DNA of 49,710 nucleotides, the filler included, from Catajapyx aquilonaris (taxonomy: Eukaryota), in NCBI GenBank assembly GCA_000934665.2. It is 3 parts of 3 records of this genome, joined end to end, with 100 filler letters (N's around TTAATTAATTAA, not from the genome) between each part and the next. Parts side by side here need not be neighbours in the genome. Positions count along the whole stretch, not along the records: positions 33,216 to 49,710 come from JYFJ02007183.1; 2 more parts are not named here. One strand, given 5' to 3'. The translations under genes were made by a program, and so were the position numbers. Of this stretch, positions 46,501 through 49,710 are shown one piece after another. Every line of letters starts with the position of its first letter. Position 1 is the first letter of the stretch. Below the pieces are notes generated by a model, which was not told the origin of the DNA, searched no databases, and saw nothing but the letters and a program-made list of their open reading frames with translations.

Positions 46501-49468
46501 GAGACTAACCATCCGGGGTAGTTAACAAAATGACCATAGCAGCGACATTGCACTGCACCTTGCACATCACCTCTCACTCATCCCCCCCCCCCCGCGCTCT
46601 CGCTACCCGGGCANGGGCACGACGGAAAATGACCAACAAGCTTGTACAACAAAAAAGCTAAAATAAAGGTACCGTGCCAAATGCCCATCACTTATCCAAT
46701 TACCCCAATTACACTCAAAATCAGCAATAAGAAACATCATAGCTACACTGTAAACCGCAAAAAAAATCTATTACCCCGTGATAACCCAATTAGGGTTTAT
46801 AGGGGAGTGGATTACCACCATTTTTGAATAATTTTCTATTTTTACTTCAATCTCCGTGCAAGGACTTCGGAATATGGGGTAGAGAGAGGGATTGTTGGGG
46901 AGGGGACACTTGTGCAGGTGCATTGTCCTAGCCTTTGGGCCATGTGCAGTCCCCCAGGAGGTTAGGTTGCCAGACACCTCCGAGATGCAGGTCAGAGACC
47001 CTCCCGACGCAGGTGGAAGGGAACTCCCAGGCAGGGATCGAACCTGGGACCTTCCACTCAGCAAGCTGAGACGTTACCATCTCGGCCACCGCACCTCCCC
47101 ACAAAACCGCAAAACATTAAAAGAGCATCACTGGTGACTGGTGAGTCTCCCATGGAACATCAATTTTTACTGCTCTTGTGATGCTTCTATGATACTTTTT
47201 TGTTGCTAAAAAGCATCACAAGAGCATTAGAAGAGCATTAAAAATTGATGTTCCATGAGAGACTCACCAGTGATGCTCTTTTAATTTCTTGCGGTTTACA
47301 GTGTAGGAATGCTTCAGTCGTGATGGTATTGGTTCCCTGCATTTAATGGCATCATTATGGACAAAAGCATAGCAGAGACAATAATATTATACAGTAGTCA
47401 ATTTCAAAGACAAGAGGAGCCATGTATGATTATTCAAGCACAACAAGCATTTGTGCAAGAGAGATAGCTAGTCCAGTAAATGAAGGGTTTGGGGTAAAAG
47501 TAAGTACCAATACTGGTAATAATATAAAGCTGGAATTGGCAAATATGTGAAAACAGCTGTTTTAAGAAAAATCAGAAGTTCGTACTTGAGAATTGCACGT
47601 TTCTCTTACAAGTTGAGGTTTTCCCCTTTGACTGATTATGAAGACTTCCAACTGGCCACGCTTGCTCTCAATCGGTAATATCGCAGCCCATAATCAAGAC
47701 ACATAAAGCCAGTTCCTCCATTGCGCTTGACGATGCGCCGAAAACATTTGGCACCTAAACCTTTGAGTATTAAAGTAACTCGATAGTTTTTCTTTTATTT
47801 CTACGTTTGTCTCCTTTTGCTCAGATGCTTTTGTGTTTTGAGGGGACGGTTTTTCCTGTAGCATTCGCTGCTAATAGCCCAAATAATCTGCCAATGAATA
47901 AAGTTCCCCAATATATTCATGTCCAACCCGTCAGCAAGTGATTTTTTTTAAACTTTTGCTGTCGGTCACTGTGTTCGGTGAAGGAAATCAATATCAAATG
48001 AAGACCTCGGGGGAAGAATGATCAAGGTCCGCCTCATGTGAAACATATTGGAATTTCAAACTTTGAAGATCCGTGACAATTCTCTTGTACATCCTACGTT
48101 CGGGACCTTCCACAGTGAACTATATGATCATTACTCCGTAACCACGACCAAACCATCATATTCTACGCTAGTAAAACTACCCTATGGGATAGGCAACTCA
48201 TTTTTGACAAAATGTGGCCCTTGATCGTTATTCCCCCGAGGTCTTCAAATGTGTTTCTGCAGTATAGGATACATGTTTTACCTGCATAATTCAAGTTACA
48301 CACAGCATTAATAATAATAATAATCACTTGCTCAAATAATTGAAGACCACAATTCAATACGGGCCCAATTCTGAAAATTGAAAATGTCCATGAAGCGAAA
48401 AAACCGATTTATTTCTGTCACTGTTCATGTTAGGCAATTGTGCTCTAAACCTAATGACAGATATGTACAACATGAATACCTGACAGCACTTTCATTGAAA
48501 TGTCCATGTAATTTATATTTTATTTCAATACTTTTAATGATTACAATTGGGCCCTTATTGCATTGTATCGTTCATTTGGCTTAAATATGAAGAAATAAAC
48601 CGTCTCAGGAAAAATTAATGGAGATATATATACTGGAGACAGAGTATATGCCTCAGAGTAATTACACATTATATTTAATTAAATTTAATGTTTTTTGGTC
48701 TCCCATGCCACCTAATAAAGTAGCGGCCATTTTTGACCACTTCCAGAGGACGTACGTCAAAGATTTTTCGGTGACATATAGACCCACAAGTCTTCTTTAT
48801 TTTAGCACTGCTTCTTAGTTTAGCACTGCTGCCTCAGAGTGGAACGTTCTAATAGTAAAGTAACGCATCCTGTAGAAGTAGCGCTTAGACAAAATTCACG
48901 TCGCGCTTAAAACTCACTGCTATTTTCAAATCACGGGACACGTGTAATGCATTAAAATCGCGCGATGGTTAGAAGCCCTTTTTAGGCATTACTAGTGACA
49001 TTTCGGCTCTTCTTGCATTTTATACGGATGGACATCCACCAGAAGAAGTACAATATGCCATAAAAGCATTTCCGCAAAAATTGACAGATGGGCCCTTATT
49101 GCATTGTGGCATTCTTATTCTACCTTTGTGCAATGGACATATCATTTTCCTCAAGATTACCAACTTTATTATTGCAGCCTTTCCTTACAAAAGAACATAC
49201 AGCCAGTAATAAATCAGCAGAAACTCTTTTGTTGTAAAAACTAGATATCATAACAAGATTAACAACATGTTATACGCACCAGTTACTTCTAGAGTTGACA
49301 GGTTTGGATGGATAAAAATGTCGTAACGAAGGGGTCGTATAAAGCTTGGTAACCTAATATCATCCCATGGGAACTCTTCTCCATCTGCAGTCTTAGGCGA
49401 CAAGTCAGTTGGTAAAAAATCGCTGGTATTAGTGCTCATAAGAATATCGTCGGGCGAGCTGGGACAAC
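37255..49468 (-). CDS. M1-family zinc aminopeptidase (ERAP/glutamyl aminopeptidase-like), partial: six internal exons
   Basis: Exons 49468-49280, 45096-44808, 44741-44567, 40935-40710, 37741-37587 and 37503-37255 join in frame; motifs [49 protein letters not shown]18-[10 protein letters not shown]- and C-terminal exons are not seen. Confidence 0.95.
37587..37741 (-). CDS. M1 aminopeptidase exon (GAMEN and HELAH)
   Basis: TTCAG|AT acceptor; CAG|GTCAGA donor. Confidence 0.93.
38163..38751. mobile_element. Degenerate foldback element with ~155-bp arms
   Basis: TCTACCTAGAAACAT...TAATCGCCTTATTATCGCA (38163-38317) is inverted at about 38600-38751; TA-CAGGGTG terminus at 38113. Confidence 0.8.
40710..40935 (-). 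CDS. M1 aminopeptidase exon (MKDIFHES...YPLPKQ)
   Basis: TTTCAG|ATG acceptor; CAAG|GTAGGT donor. Confidence 0.93.
41203..41705. repeat. Long foldback with ~225-bp near-identical arms and ~54-nt spacer
   Basis: 41203-41424 versus 41479-41705, with few substitutions and two small indels. Confidence 0.93.
41874..42549. repeat. Long foldback with ~300-bp arms and 78-nt spacer
   Basis: 41874-42172 versus 42251-42549; also visible as duplicated peptides in the opposite-strand ORFs. Confidence 0.93.
42603..42857. repeat. 48-49-bp tandem repeat inside a HINE-like element
   Basis: GACTAC(TACCG) at 42609, 42657, 42706, 42755, 42803 and 42851; two unit types ordered A-B-B-A-B. Confidence 0.9.
43024..43435 (-). 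mobile_element. tRNA-derived SINE, family A, full length
   Basis: 14-bp TSD GTGTAATAATAATA (43010-43023, 43436-43449); degenerate A and B boxes; collinear with the 30638 copy. Confidence 0.88.
44213..44544 (+). mobile_element. tRNA-derived SINE, family B
   Basis: A box TGGCGCTGCGG 44226-44236; B box GGTTCGATTCC 44269-44279; (AAT)n(TAT)n tail; 14-bp TSD ACTACTGTAATATT. Confidence 0.9.
44567..44741 (-). CDS. M1 aminopeptidase exon ([22 protein letters not shown]...SNMP); absent from the ORF track
   Basis: Translated by hand; TTCAG|A acceptor; CTG|GTAAGT donor. Confidence 0.93.
44808..45096 (-). CDS. M1 aminopeptidase exon (DMKILISV...GLYLSSY)
   Basis: TTGCAG|GA acceptor; AG|GTAGGT donor. Confidence 0.9.
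45582..46191. mobile_element. 610-bp palindromic Tc1/mariner-type MITE
   Basis: TIR CAGGGTGTTTCAGGTTCGTGGGTCACTTTTTGAT versus 46158-46191; inner arms 45767-46054; loop-less 34-bp palindrome 45895-45928. Confidence 0.9.
46357..46709 (+). mobile_element. tRNA-derived SINE, family B
   Basis: Head collinear with the 44213 copy; B box GGTTCGAGCCC; 13-bp TSD TACACTCAAAATC (46344-46356, 46710-46722). Confidence 0.88.
46746..47303. mobile_element. TA-flanked foldback MITE interrupted by a SINE
   Basis: TA-CACTGTAAACCGCAA ... TTGCGGTTTACAGTG-TA; the left arm resumes at 47104 and pairs with ~47230-47303. Confidence 0.85.
46763..47103 (-). mobile_element. tRNA-derived SINE, family C
   Basis: A box TGGCCGAGATGG and B box GGTTCGATCCC on the minus strand; 11-bp TSD AAACCGCAAAA (46752-46762, 47104-47114). 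Confidence 0.88.
49280..49468 (-). CDS. M1 aminopeptidase exon (...[25 protein letters not shown]...)
   Basis: CACTAAG|GT acceptor; G|GTGCGT donor; phase matches the next exon (G+GA = Gly). Confidence 0.88.
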
Positions 49469-49562
49469 CTTAGTGAAAATAAAGTATTTTAGGAGAGATA
49501 CTTTAGCACATTTTTTGAGTAACTAGACTGTATAGCAGTATAGGTGCTCGTACATTTAGAGA

Positions 49563-49678
49563 GTCAGACGCACTCGAGACGTGGTCGCAATGATGCAGAT
49601 GCCCGACTTGGTAATAGTGGAATGTGAGTCAGAGCTAAATGTCTCCGTCATCGTGACCGCGTCTCGAGAGCCTCTGAC
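49563..49678. mobile_element. Small degenerate MITE or foldback with 37-bp arms
   Basis: GTCAGACGCACTCGAGACGTGGTCGCAATGATGCAGA versus 49642-49678, about 7 mismatches. Confidence 0.65.
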
Positions 49679-49710
49679 ATTGACGTAGCGTGTGGGGGAG
49701 GGGGGTTGGG

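Overview
Eukaryotic, very probably arthropod, genomic DNA (inferred from TTAGG-type repeats, divergent ionotropic receptor genes and TCAGT initiators). It falls in three blocks separated by two identical 100-nt synthetic spacers (N44-TTAATTAATTAA-N44 at 16523-16622 and 33116-33215), so adjacency across them is not proven. Block 1 (1-16522) has no recognisable coding exon. It holds MITEs, satellites and one strong candidate recursive-splice (ratchet) site. Block 2 (16623-33115) holds three intronless divergent ionotropic chemoreceptor (IR) paralogs: one intact, one disrupted by a GTG start plus a 2-nt insertion, and one cut by the gap. It also holds a complete 4-exon SNW1/SKIP gene. Block 3 (33216-49710) holds six internal exons of a minus-strand M1 zinc aminopeptidase whose introns are packed with tRNA-derived SINEs, MITEs, Helentron-like elements and long foldbacks; a LINE relic lies downstream of the last visible exon. 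The most striking observation is that the IR paralogs share a nearly identical, GC-rich ~440-bp N-terminal block while their ligand-binding lobes are strongly diverged. All alignments and counts were made by eye; no database search was run.
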